This document shows positions 1 to 13,206 of a stretch of 64,000 nucleotides of DNA, piece by piece. Under the pieces are notes generated by a model that was not told the origin of the DNA, searched no databases, and worked only from the letters and a program-made list of their open reading frames with translations. The DNA is from Octopus vulgaris (Eukaryota), in contig OX597815.1 of the NCBI GenBank assembly GCA_951406725.2, positions 151,838,001-151,902,000 on the forward strand, read 5' to 3'. Position 1 is the first letter of the stretch, and every line of letters starts with the position of its first letter. Position numbers and translations under genes: made by a program.

Positions 1-160
1 GGTAAGAAGCATGCTTCCCAACCACATGGTTCTCGGTTCAGTCCCACTGCATGGCACCGTGGGCAAGTGTCTTCTACTATAGACTCAGGCCGACCAAAGT
101 CTTGCGAGTGGATTTGGTAGATGGAAACTGAAAGAACGACGTCGTATATATGTGTGTGAG

Positions 161-204
<44 letters not shown>

Positions 205-460
205 TGTGTATGTGTATATATGTTTGTGTGTGTGTGTATTTGTGTGTGCATGTGTTTGTGTTTGTCCCCCCCCCGCCATCGCTTGACAACTGGTTTTTGT
301 GTGTTCACATCCCTGTAACTTATCGAGTCAGCAAAAGTGATCAATAGAATAAGTACTAGGCTTACAAAGAATAAGTCCTGGAGTCAATTTGTTCGACTAA
401 AGGCGGTGTTCCAGCATGGCCACAGTCAGATGACTGAAACAAATAAAAGAATAAGAGGAT
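1..460 (+). mobile_element. tRNA-derived SINE family A with internal (TG)n (many copies, e.g. 1505-1610, 3885-4125, 8150-8885, 20800-21355, 29278-29470, 44028-44390, 57415-57990)
   Basis: Head ggagtggctgtgtggtaag...ggttcagtcccactg (A/B-box-like); conserved 3' ggcggtgctccagcatggcc...tgactgaaacaag. Confidence 0.85.
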
Positions 461-2379
461 AATATATTCAGAGAGATCAAAGGGAATCAACATGATAATA
501 CTGGCTTCTAATTGTGGCATAAGTCCGATGCCACTGTCGCCTAACTGGGTCCCATGCAGGTGGCACATAAAAAGTACCATCCGAATGTGATAGCTGTCAG
601 GCCTGCCTGACTGGCTCCTGTGCCGGTGGCATGTAAAAAGCATCCACTACACTCTCAGAGTGGTTGGCGTTAGGAAGGGCATCCAGCTGTAGAAACATTG
701 CCAGATCAGAGTGGAGCCTGGTGCAGCCACTGGCTCTCTAGACCTCAGTCAAACCGTTCAACCCATGCCAGCATGGAAAGTGGATATTAAACGATGATGA
801 GGAGAAGGGGGAGGGTAAGTTGATTATATCGCCCCTATGTTCAAATGGTAATTATTTTATCGATCCCAAATGGATTACAGGGAAAGTTGACCTTGGTAGA
901 ATTTGAACTCAGAACGTAAAGCCAAACGAAATACTGCTAAGCATTTTGCCTGGTGTGTTAACGATTCTGCCAGCTCACTCACCTGAAATCTGCAGAAGTA
1001 TATTGGGAATGAATATGCCTGCCATCAATCTAGTTCTAGTTGTCCACCATGCACAAAATGACGTATTATTCTTTGGCAGATATCAGCATGCATCAGCAAA
1101 TAATTCATTTGCTGAATTTGTAAATGTGAGACTGAGGTGGGCCAAAAGTATAGGGCCAGTGAGGTCATACAAACAGCTGAGCGGCCTTGCATAAAGGAGA
1201 GGAGCAAGGGAGGTCTTGTGAGTAGAAGGATGACTAGTGTCATCATCTTTTGTTTTGGGTTGTTGCTCGAGACTGACATGGCAGGTGTTGATATCAGGGA
1301 ATTTGATGCTAGGTTCTGGTCAGAGTTTAGGCAGGTAAGGGCTCCTACAGATATATCCCATGAGGTAGGGGACTTAAATTGTTTTCTCCATACCATACAA
1401 TAAATAAGAGCCAAAAACTCTAGTTAGGCTCATTAGTCCAGGGTAGAAATGGACAAACCATTCTAATATAAATAACTGAGAATAAGAATTACAATATAAA
1501 CATAGGCACAGGAGTGGCTGTGTGGTACGTAGCTTGCTTACCAACCACATGGCTCTGGGTTCAGTCCCACTGCATGGTACCTTGGGCAAGTATCTTCTAC
1601 TATAGCCTTGAGAGAAGAGTTCATGATGTGCGGTAGGAAGTACATAATATTTATTATATGATTAGAAAAGTTAGTTGAAGGTAGAGGGGGAGAGTTAAAG
1701 ATATAATTTTAGCAGAGGGGTGATGTTCTGATTGTGAGGTTTATGAAAGGCAGAGAGAGAGGGAGAGAAAGAAAGAGAGAAGGGAGAAAGAGGGAGAGAG
1801 GAGAGAGAGGAAGAGAGAGAGGGAGAGGGAGAGAGATAATGAGGATGATGGTGGAGGTGGTGGTGGTGGTGATTGGATAGTGAAAAATGTAATTTAAAAA
1901 AAATAACTAAGTTTTTTATATCACCTATCACTTAACGTTTGTGCATAAATGCAATTCTGTGAAATATTCACACTTATTTATGTGACAGATACATGCAATT
2001 TAACTAAAATTTATATCATATGTATGGGATATTTTTTTGTTTATGGGGAAAATGGAAAAATAAGTGGGAATATATATTTTATGAGTGCTGTGTATTAAGT
2101 CTATAAAATTGTGCATAAATTATATAAAAAAGCATTAAGTAATCACTGAATTCCAGTTTCTTTCACTTTTCAGTGAGTAGCAGATGAGCGACTATCTTTC
2201 CCTGCACACACAACACAGGCTATGGTTTCAGGTTTTTTCAAGTTTTCAGAAATAAGCCAATACATTTACCATTTGTTCCATGAAATATTCACAGGTCCCG
2301 CAAGTGATTGTAATAATGAAATCTTTTTAATATTATTTACTCAAGAAAACTTTTCATTTTCACATTTCCCTTACCTCTC

Positions 2380-3018
2380 TATTTTACTTTTACTTATCGT
2401 CTCCCATTCTTCTTCTTTCTATGTTTCTTTGCTCTCTCTCTCTCCTACTTATTCTCCCCCACTTTCTATCAGTCATCCCCATGTTATATATATCTACCTT
2501 GCTATCTGTTTGTCTCTCTCTATCTGTCTGTCTCTGTCTCTCTTTCTCTCTCTCTCTCTGTCATTCCCTCTGTCTCTACTGTTTGCTTTTCTCTCTCCCA
2601 CACTTCCTCTTTCTACATTCGTATAGTCTCTTTTCAACTTATTCTCCTTCCCTTTCTCTCAATTTTGCATTAACCCTCCTGTCTATCTTTGAGTCTTCCT
2701 CTCTCTCTATATCTACCTTTCTATCTGTCTATCTGCTTCTCTCTCTATCTCTATTTCTGTCTTTCTCTCTCTTTCCTTGTCTTTTCATTTGCATTTCCCT
2801 CTTACACTCTTCCTCCTCCCACTGCTGCAACTTCCTCTTTTTCTCTCTTAGACTTCCTCCTTTATCTTCTGAATCATATTCATGTTTCGCTTGGCTCTCA
2901 ATTTTACTCTTCCTTATCCTCTCCCACTCTTCTTCTTTCTATGTTTACTTATTCTCTCTTCTTTTTCTTCTCCCCTCTTTCTATCAGTCATCCCCTCTTT
3001 ATATATCCATCGTTGTAA

Positions 3019-3049
<31 letters not shown>

Positions 3050-3090
3050 CCTCCCTCTCTCTTTTTAACTTATTTTCCTTCTTTCTCTGT
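2380..3090. repeat. CT-rich low-complexity tract with an old internal duplication (also 6850-7265 and 1740-1840)
   Basis: 2380-2540 is similar to 2900-3060. Confidence 0.75.
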
Positions 3091-4367
3091 GAATTCTCTA
3101 TCAATCCTCCTGTCTATTATAAAAAAATTGTTTTTTTAAAAATAATAATTATTATATAATTATAATAATTAATAAAATGTTTGTAGCATTATTTACTCAA
3201 GAACCTCTTCATATTCAAATTTCACTCGGCTCTCTTCTCTGTTATTATTATATATAGCAATGAGCTGGCAGAATCATTAGCATGCCGGGTAGAATGCTGG
3301 AGTGGTATTTCACATGCCCTTACATCCTGATTCAAGTGCCGCCGGGGACAACTTTACCTTTCATCCCTTCGGGATTGATAAATTAAGTACCAGTGAAACA
3401 CTGGAGTTGATATCATCAATTGGTCTCCTCCCCAAAAATTTCAGGGCTTGTGCATATAGTAGAAAGAATTATTATATACATCACGGCTCTGTTGTCTCTA
3501 TTATTTTCTCTCACAGCATTTCAACTGCTGCCTCAACTTTTGTCCATTTCCGTTTTCTTCACTACTTCATTTTGTTTTCCTGACCACTTCTCCTGTCTAA
3601 TTATTATGAGTGATTTGAAAAAACTGATTAATTTTTATCCACCATTTATTTCAAATACCTAAATAATACATGATATAATATAATCTTAAAAAATAAGAAA
3701 TTTAAATGGTAAAAATTTCCTGTTCAACAGAAAAAGCGTTCAACAAAATGTTCAATCTTTAAATATCTTTTATTAAAAAAATTTATCTTTTACAGAAAGA
3801 GATTTAATAAAATGTTGAGCCTTCAAAAGTTGGAAACTAGAATTGAAAAGATTAAAAAATTTCAATTGGTATTTTCTTTCCTTTAATTTGTTTTGCTTGT
3901 TTCAGTCATTTGACTGCAGCCATGCTGGAGCACCACCTTTAGTCGAGTAAATCGACCCCAAGACTTATTCTTTGTAAGCCTAGTACTTATTCTATCAGTC
4001 TCATTTGTCAAACCTCTGAGTTACGGGGACGTAAAAACACCAGCATCGGTTGTCAAGTGATGTTGGGAGAACAAACACAAACACACACACATACAGACAC
4101 ACACACACACACACATATCATCATCATCATCATCCTTTAACGTCCGCTTTCCATGCTAGCATGGGTTGGACGATTTGACTGAGGAATGGCGAACCAGATG
4201 GCTGCACCAGGTTCCAATCTGATCTGGCAGAGTTTCTACAGATGGATGCCCTTCCTAATGCCAACTACTCCGAGAGTGTAGTGGGGGCTTTTATGTGCCA
4301 CTAGCACGAGGGCCAGTCTGGCGGTACTGGCAATGGCCATGCTTGAAACAGTGTTTTTTACGTGCCA

Positions 4368-6562
4368 CCTATAACCTGTCTCCCTACAATATACAAAGCC
4401 TTTACTGTAATAATATCACAAAGATTGAGCAAGCTTCTGGAAGAAAACAACCTGTTTCCAGAAGAGTAAAAGGGATGCTGCAAGGGCTCATATGGCTGTA
4501 AAGATCAACGAATGATCAATAAAGCCATAACTGAAGACAGCCGCAGAAAGAAGAAAGGCTTAAATATGGCCTGGATCGACTACCGAAAGGCTTTTGATAG
4601 CATTCCCCACACGTGGATCATCGAAACACTAGCCATTAACAACGTAGCACCAACAATTATAAAATACATAAGACACTCTATGAATAAATGGCAGACAGTG
4701 CTACAGCTCCAAACAAAAGAGGGACTCGTGAAAACCAAAGCCACCCCCATTAGAAGGGGAATATTCCAGGGAGGCACCCTCTCTCCACTCCTTTTTTGCT
4801 TGGCATTGACACCTCAATCAGATATGCTAAATAGAACTGGATGTGAATACAAATGTTATGGCAAAACGATCAGCCATCTTTTATATATGGATGACCTAAA
4901 ACTATATGCTACAAATGATAAACAGCTGGAAACACTACTACAGACAGTATATGGTTTTACCAAAGAAACAGATATGAAACTTGGATTAGAAAAATGTGCC
5001 AAAGCAACCCTGAAAAGAGGAAAACTAGTTAAGAGTAGCAACATCGCACAAGATAAAGCCAATGAAATAAGAGAATTAGACCAAAGCCAAGCATACAAAT
5101 ATTTAGGAATCCATGAACTAGACATGACACAACACACACAAATGAAAGAGAAAATAAAGAAAGAATACTATAGATGAGTTAGATCAATACTAAAAAGAGA
5201 GCTCAATGCTAAAAACAAGATAATAGGTATTAACACTTTAGCCATACCAGTTAAAAGTTACAGCTACAATATCCTTAACTGGACACTAAATGAACTAACC
5301 AAAATAGATAGGAAAACAAGATAAATAATGACAGGATCTAGGATGCACCATCCAAAATCTGACATAGAAAGGCTATATATACAACGTATAGAAGGTGGTA
5401 GAGGCCTTATCCATCTGGAAAACTATTATAATATCACCACCATAGGACTGCAAATATACCTACTTCAGAAGCAAGGAAAACTGATACAAATAGCCACAAA
5501 ACACAAGCAAAACAAAAAACTATTCTCAGTATTTAAGGAAGCTGACAAATACAAACAAGAAGTCACACTACCAAACAAATATGTAGAAGAAGAAGAAGAA
5601 GACGAAGAAGAAGAAACAAAAGCTATAAAACAATTGAAAACCAAACTAAAACTAGAACAGCAACGGACCATGATAAAATGATGGCAAGAAAAGCCCCTTC
5701 ATGGTAAATACTGGACTAAACTAAATGCAAAAGAAATAAACAGAGAAAAATTCCAGCAATGTTTGAGAAGCTCAAGAATCAAACCAGAGACGGAGGGATT
5801 TTTAATTGCAGCACAAAACCAAAGCCTCCCCACCAGAAATTACCAAAGACATATAATGAAAATAAACATAACAAGTAACTGCAGAATATGTGGAGATGGG
5901 CAAGAAACAATAAATCATATTATCTCTGGCTGCCCAGTCCTGGCTAAGAAGGAATATACTCACAGATACGACAGAGTTGGGACTTACATACATTGGAAGC
6001 TATGCGAATACTATGGAATAACAGAAAAAAGATGGTATAGGCACACGCCTGAAAAGGTCACAGAAAACGAGAAAGCAACCATACTTTGGGATATGCCAAT
6101 ACACACAGATAGAGAAATTATGGCCAATAGGCCAGATATAGTTGTCAAAGATCATGAAGAAAGAAAATGATTTCTAATTGATGTATCAATACCAGCAGAT
6201 GACAACATTTCTCTAAAAGAAATGGAGAAACTTTCAAAATACACAGACCTGGAAATAGAGGTAACTCGAATGTGGAATCTAAAAACAGAAACAATTCCTA
6301 TCATAGTAGGTGCATTAGGTATGATAAAAAAATATTCAGACAAATACATAACAAAAACACCAGAACGTACAAATATATATAACATACAAAAAATTGCACT
6401 ACTGGGCACTCCACACATCCTACATAAAACACTTTCAATACAGTAACCATGAGAGCATCACAACAAACCACATACCCAAGGCACATAGAGCTGTGATTGG
6501 AAGTGAAGTGAAAGCATGATATAAAAATTTAAATACTGAATAATAATAATAATAATAATAAC

Positions 6563-6594
<32 letters not shown>

Positions 6595-6640
6595 GAAGAA
6601 GAAGAAGAAGAAGAATAATAATAATGATAATAATAATCAC
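4368..6640 (+). mobile_element. R4/Dong-like RLE non-LTR retrotransposon, 5' truncated, with (TAA)n tail
   Basis: PITCLPTIYK, WIDYRKAFDSIPH, RGIFQGGTLSPLLF, HLLYMDDLKLYA; CCHC CRICGDGQETINHIISGC; RLE NRPDIVV...IDVSIP...EKLSKY; several stops and frameshifts; (TAA)n/(GAA)n at 6540-6640. Confidence 0.9.
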
Positions 6641-7296
6641 AAGACAACTAAATAATATTAATAATTATTTATTTTGTTTTCATAAGGGTGCTTGACAGGA
6701 GTGAAAATAATAATGATGTAATCAACTTTATTGTTTGTTTGGAGAGAAGAAAGAATTCCTCCTTGAAGATTGTTATTCCCTGAAACATTGTGACAGAATT
6801 CATTATAGGAAGTAAAATCAGGAAAGAGATATACTTCCAAACAAACTCTCTCACATTCCCTTTCTCCCTCTCTTCCTCACCTTTCTCTCACTTCCTCACC
6901 TCTCTCTCTCTTCCTCACTCTCTCTCTCCCCCTCTTCCCCACCCCTCTCTTCCTCACTGTCTTCCTTTCTCACCTCTCACTCTTCCTCACCTCTCACTCT
7001 TCCTCACCTCTCTCTCTTCTTCATCTTTCTCTCCCTTCATCACCTCTCTCTCCCCCTCTCTTCCCCATTCCCCTTCTCTTCCTCACTCTCTTCCTTCCTC
7101 ACCTCTCTCTCTCTTCCTCACCTCTCTCTTCCTCACTTCTCTTCTTCCTTGCCCTCTCTCACTCCTCTCTGTCTTTGTCTATCTCCTTCTCTCTCCCGTC
7201 TGTCTCCCTCACTCTCCCCTTTGCCTCCACCCCCTCCCTCCCCCGTCACTCTCATCCCCCTCTCTCCTAAAATAAATGGTGACTGATTAAAAAGTT

Positions 7297-7453
7297 TTAG
7301 AAAACAATTTTATTCGAGATAAGTTTCCTTGCGTCAAACTCCGGATCTCCCCTGCAAATATATTTGTATTTACAGCAACGTGGATAAGCAGCATTTGGCT
7401 CTACTCTGGCCGGATAACAATTGCGTATCTTCTTTACTTTCAGGTCACCACAG
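7297..7453 (-). CDS. SVWC-like gene exon 3 (terminal coding exon)
   Basis: Long polypyrimidine tract + tttgacag acceptor; encodes (D)CGDLKVKKIRNCYPARVEPNAAYPRCCKYKYICRGDPEF...IVF*; an AATAAA overlaps the last codons (7309-7314). Confidence 0.87.
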
Positions 7454-8367
7454 CTGTCAAACAACAAAATGAAGAAAGTAGAAGAAACAGAAAGAAAAGA
7501 CCACATAAATAAAAGGTCGTATTGGTGAGACTAAATATAAACTGGTACAGAGGTAAACAAAGCAATGGACAGGCATACATTGAGAAAGAGACGAGTAAAA
7601 TGTCACAGGGATAGGTAGATAAACAGAGAGACATGGATACATTTACCAGCAGGTAAATAGGTAAATGAACAGATTATAATTAACCCTTTTGTTACCAACC
7701 CAGGTGAAACCGGCTCTGGCTCTGTAGTTCAAATGTCTTGTTTTCATAAGTTTAGAATTAAAATCTTCCACCAAACCTTAGTCACAATTTATGTTCCTAT
7801 CACTAGTTGAATGATAACTGAGTTATTTTACTAAATTCTTTGTTATATTTAAAGTAACTGGAAGAGGCACAAACCATCTTAAAATAAATACAGTAATGAA
7901 AAGGTTAAAGAGTGGACATTAAACAAAAAGTATTCTTACTCTGAGCAAAAACGTGTGGTTTTATTCACATTTTTGTTGAAGATACATAAGCAGTAATGAC
8001 AGTTTGCGTCTTGCCAAAATTGATCCTTAGACACAGTTGGAGGACAACCTGGCACAATGAGAAATTAAAGTTAATATTGGATTTTGCAAAAGAGGCAGTG
8101 AGCTAGAAGAATTGTTAGCGTGACAGGTGATATGCTTTGATGCTTTTATTCTTTTAATTGTTTCAGTCATTTGGCTGCAGCCATGCTGGAGCACTGCCTT
8201 TAGTTGAACAAATCAATCCAAGGACATATTCTTTGTAAACCTAGTACTTATTCTATCGGTCTCTTTTGTCAAACCACTAAGTTGCAGGGATGTAAGCACA
8301 TCAACATCTGTCATCAAGTGATGGTGGGGGGACAAACACAGACTCAGAAACATATACACACATACAT

Positions 8368-8446
<79 letters not shown>

Positions 8447-11400
8447 ATAGAAATATGTTACAAATAGAAAAAAGCAATGATTAGTAATTTACGAAATCGG
8501 TATGCTTTTAAATCTCTTTAGCAATTCACAATAATGACTTTTATTACTTTTATTCCTACCTCAGTTCATCTAATTGTATATATCTATCGTTACTTTTCAT
8601 AAAAAGCCTTTACTTTTTTGATTTCCAATGTGCATTTTTGCTTAATTTTCTTCTTACTTTCCCCTTACATACATACATACATATATATATGTATATGTAT
8701 GTATATATATATATATATATATATACAGATAACTGGCTTCTTTCAGTTTTCATCTACCAAATCCACTCACAAAGCTTTGGTTGGCTCGAGGCTATAGTAG
8801 AAGACACTTGCCCAAGGTGCCATGCCGTGGGACTGAACCCAGAGCCATGCAGTTGGAAAGCAAGCTTCTTACCTCACATCCATGCCTGTGCTTAGTGACA
8901 TCTTTAAATGATTATTCTGGAGCATATTCACCATCTACTTCAATCACTGCTTCCCATTTGCTTGGCAGACGGTCAGACCATCATTTAAAAATGTTTTTAA
9001 TTATGCACTAACCTCATAGTATAAGGGTAGCAAATTACCTTGTGGTTGGTGCAGGTATGGCACCATTGTAATCATGTGGTTCCAGGTTCAATCCCATTGC
9101 ATGGTACCTTGGGTAAGTGCCTTTTACAATAGCCCTGGATCAACCAATGTGTTGTGAATATATATATCCTTTCTACTATAGATTCAAGGTCTGAAAATTT
9201 TGGGGAGGGGTTAAGTCGATTATATCAACCCCGGTATTCAACTGGTACTTAATTTATCGACTTCGATTGTGAATGTATATACATATACATATTTATACTT
9301 ACATACGGACACACACACGCACACATATATAAAGGGTGCACTTGGTAAATTGTTGCCATTTTATAATTATTATTTTATGCATATACACTGTTTTTCATTT
9401 TGCCCCCTACACAGTATAGTAGGGTCAGTTGGGCATCGTCTGTGAGAAAAACAGCACCATGATGCAATTCACTCTGCCAGAAATTTGGAAACAACATGCC
9501 GTTCTGCTTGGAATTGGTGCTGGAAGCTCCAATGTGAACATTTCCGAGTGTTTGGGTGTCAGTTTGAGGACAGTGCAATCTGAGGATGTGTACCAAGAGT
9601 GATAAAAATCAAACATCCAGTCAACATCATCGTGTTTGGAGTGATCACTAGTGATGACAATGTTATGCCTCCATTCATCTTCACACAAGGCTTCACACTC
9701 AACATGGCTTCAGACTCAATACGGAGGCCTACATCAAGTGCCTGGAGGAGGTAGTACTGCCCTGGGTCAAGAGGGTGGTTATTAGAAGACCTTATGTCTG
9801 ACAATAGGACTTGCCACACAAGCAGGAGAACCCAGTCAATTTCTGTGACCACATCACTCTTAATACCTGGCCATTTAACTCCCCAGACTGGAACTCCCTT
9901 GAAAAATTTTATGTGGGGTGCAGTTGAGCAAGAGACCTACAAAACTGTTGGTAACACCAAAGATGAACTGAAGGCAGGGATTATTGCAGCATTGACCAAC
10001 TTAAAAAAAGAGACCATCCAGATGTTGCAGGAGATTCTGAAATCATCTGGTGGCCATGGCTGAAGCCAATGGCGATTTTATTGAATGAATTTATTCTTTC
10101 GTAGTTCAAGATATTTTTATGTAATTTTGGTAAATATATCTGATAAAATGAGACATCAATGTTATTTTCACTTTTCAGTTATTTAGATGACAGTTTATTC
10201 ACTGCACCCTGTATATATATATATATATATATCATCATCATCATCGTCGTTTAATGTCTGCTTTCCATGCTAGCATGGGTTGGACGATTTGAGTGAGAAC
10301 TGGCGAACTACATGGCTGCACCAGGCTCCAATCTTGATCTGGCAGAGTTTCTACAGCTTGATGCCCTTCCTAACACCAACCACTCCGAGAATGTAGTGGG
10401 TGCTTTAACATGCCACCAGTACAAGGACCAGTCAAGCGGTACCAGCAGCAGCCACACTCAAATGGTGTTTGTTACATGCCACCTGCATAGAAGCCAGTCC
10501 AGCAGCACTGGCAACGACCTCACTCGAATATTTTTTTCACATGCTACTCGCACAAGTGCCAGTAAGGCAACGCTGGTAATGATCACACTCAAATGGTGCC
10601 TCTTATGTGCCACCGGCACAGAAGCCAGTTAGCTGCTCTGGCAACGATCATGTTCGGATGGTGCTCTTAGTGCACCACTAGCATGGATGCCAGTCATTAA
10701 ATTCGATTTTATTTCACTTGCCTCAACAGGTTTTTGCAAGCAGAGCTTAGTGTCCAATGAAGGAAAGGTACGCATAAGTGGGCTGGTTACACCACTGGCA
10801 TAGGCCACGAGGTAATGGTCTCACTTGGCTTGCTGGGTCTTCTCAAGCACAGCATATTTCCAAAAGTCTCGGTCACTAATCATTGCCTCGGTGAGGCCTA
10901 ATATTTGAAGGTTGTGCTTTAACATTTCATCCCAGGTCTTCCTGGGTCTACCTCTTCCACAGGTTCCCTCAACCATAAGGGTGTGGCACTTTTTCACACA
11001 GCTATCCTCATCCATTCTCACTACATGACGATACCAGCATAGTTGTCTCTCTTGCACACCACATCTGATGCTTCTTAGGTCCAACTTATACTCTGTTGAG
11101 TATGCACACTGACATTACACATCCATCGGATCATACTGGCTTCATTCCTTGTGAGCTTACACATGTCCTCAGCAGTCACGGCCTATGTATCATGGCTGTT
11201 CATACACATGCGTCATACAGTCTACCTTTTACTCTGAGCGAGAGGCCCTTTGTTACTAGCAGAGGTAAGAGCTCTCTGAACTCTGAACAGTAGAGGTCAG
11301 AGCCCAGGCTATTCTTATTCTAGCAGCTACAGTGCGCCTTCCCCTGCTACTGACTTGGTCACATAGGTAATGGAAGCTATCAACTACTTCTAGTTTTTCT

Positions 11401-13171
11401 CCCTGGAATGTGACGGAAGTTGTTCTCTGCACATTTTCAGTGTTATTTATTGCACCCGAGCATCTGCCACATACAAAAACTATCCTCCCAGGTAGCCTTC
11501 TTTTGATATTGCTGCACCTCTTATGTGTCCATAGCTTACACTAGGTACATCTTATAGAGTTTCTACCTATGCCTTTTCTATAGATCGGGCAGGGCCATCT
11601 ACCTGAAGGGATTTGTGGTTTGCCTGCTTTTCTACTTATTAGGACTTTGGTTTTAGCTAGGTTGACTCTAAGGCCCTTCGATTCTAATCCTTGTTTCCAC
11701 ACCTGAAACTTCTCGAGTTCTGATAGGGACTCAGCAATTAGAGCAAGGTCGTCAGCATAGAGGAGTTCCCAGGGGCATCATGTCTTGAATTCCTCTGTTA
11801 ATGCCTGGAGGACTATGATAAATAGGAGGTGGGTAAGGACTGAACCTTGGTGGACCCCTACCTCCACTCGGAATTCTTCACTGTACTCATTGCCAACCCT
11901 CATCTTACTGACAGCGTCCCTGTACATGGCTTGCACAGCTCTCACTAACCATTCTTCTATCCCTAGTTTCCTCATTGACCATCAGATAATGGATCTGGGG
12001 ACCTTGTTAAAGGCTTTCTCCATGTCAACAAAATCCAGGTACAGAGGTTTATATTTGACTAGGTATTTCTCCTGCAGCTGTCTTACCAGAAATATAACAT
12101 CAGTGGTGCTTTTCCCTGGCATGAACCCAAACTGCATCTCATCTAAACTGACTTTCTCCCTAATTAGTTGGGGTATGACCCTCTCCATAACATTCATTAC
12201 TTGATCTAACAACTTGATACCTCTGTAATTATTTGTATCTAAAGCGTCACATTTACCTTTGTAGCAGTTGACTATGGTGTTACTACCCCAGTCATTGGGT
12301 ATGACTCCTTCGTGTATCACCTAGTTAACTATACGAATGACTAGGCTATAGATATTTTGAGCATCTCTGCAGTGATTCCTGATGGGCCAGGGGCTTTCCC
12401 TGTCTTCATATTCTTTATTGCTTTATCTACCAAGGTACTGTCAACTCAGATAGCTGGTCCCTCTGTTGGGTCGACATTTGGTAGACTCTCTTTCTCCCAT
12501 TCATTTTCTTTATTGAGCAACATTTCATAGTGGCATCTCCAAACCCCTCTCTTTGCAGCTTCGTTTAGTGCAAGTGAACCATCATCCATGCGAACACATT
12601 TTTCTCCTACCACATCACAATTCTCTCTCACACACTGTCTTGCAACACGAAATACCTCAAGTCTTTGGTCCTCATACTGCAGAACATTGGCAAATTTTTT
12701 CTTATGTGCTTCCCCTCTGGCTAAATAAACCTGCCTTCTAGCTTCTCTTCTGGCAGTCTGATACAATTCCCTGCTACCATCATTCTTCCAGTACTTCCAA
12801 GCCTGTTTCTTTTCCTTTTCTCTAATAGCCCTGTCAACAACATTGTTCCCCCACCATGTTATTTTGGGTCGAGAGGGGATTTTGCACCATAATATATAGA
12901 TTACTGACTGTTAGTAAGGAGAGACACACAAATAAGAAAGAAGAAAGCAAAGGACCAATGATGAGGTCACAGGAGTGTGACGAAAGAACTCTGGCTGAAA
13001 TAAGATTAAGATTAATGTAAAAAATGAATAATGCTGAAGCAAAGTAGCACCAAATATAAAGTGCATGTGTTTTTATTGACTAAACTGGCAAAATGACCAT
13101 TCCTAAATACAACAATATCTGTTTCAACACACGATTTCACATCAAAAATCTTGCAAAACAAATATATAAAC

Positions 13172-13206
<35 letters not shown>

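Noticed and set aside
946-1414. Overlapping 82-129 aa ORFs
   Set aside because: No recognisable motif or convincing splice sites; probably decayed repeat.
1930-2340. Possible piggyBac Cys-rich tail (ACVVCAGK) on the minus strand
   Set aside because: Too degenerate and no TIR identified.
2222-3139. Long Leu/Ser/Phe-rich ORFs (also 6790-7275)
   Set aside because: CT-rich low-complexity sequence lacking stops by composition.
12900-13000. Signal-peptide-like stretch with a phase-1 donor as an alternative SVWC exon 1
   Set aside because: No in-frame ATG; the 18404-18494 exon fits better.
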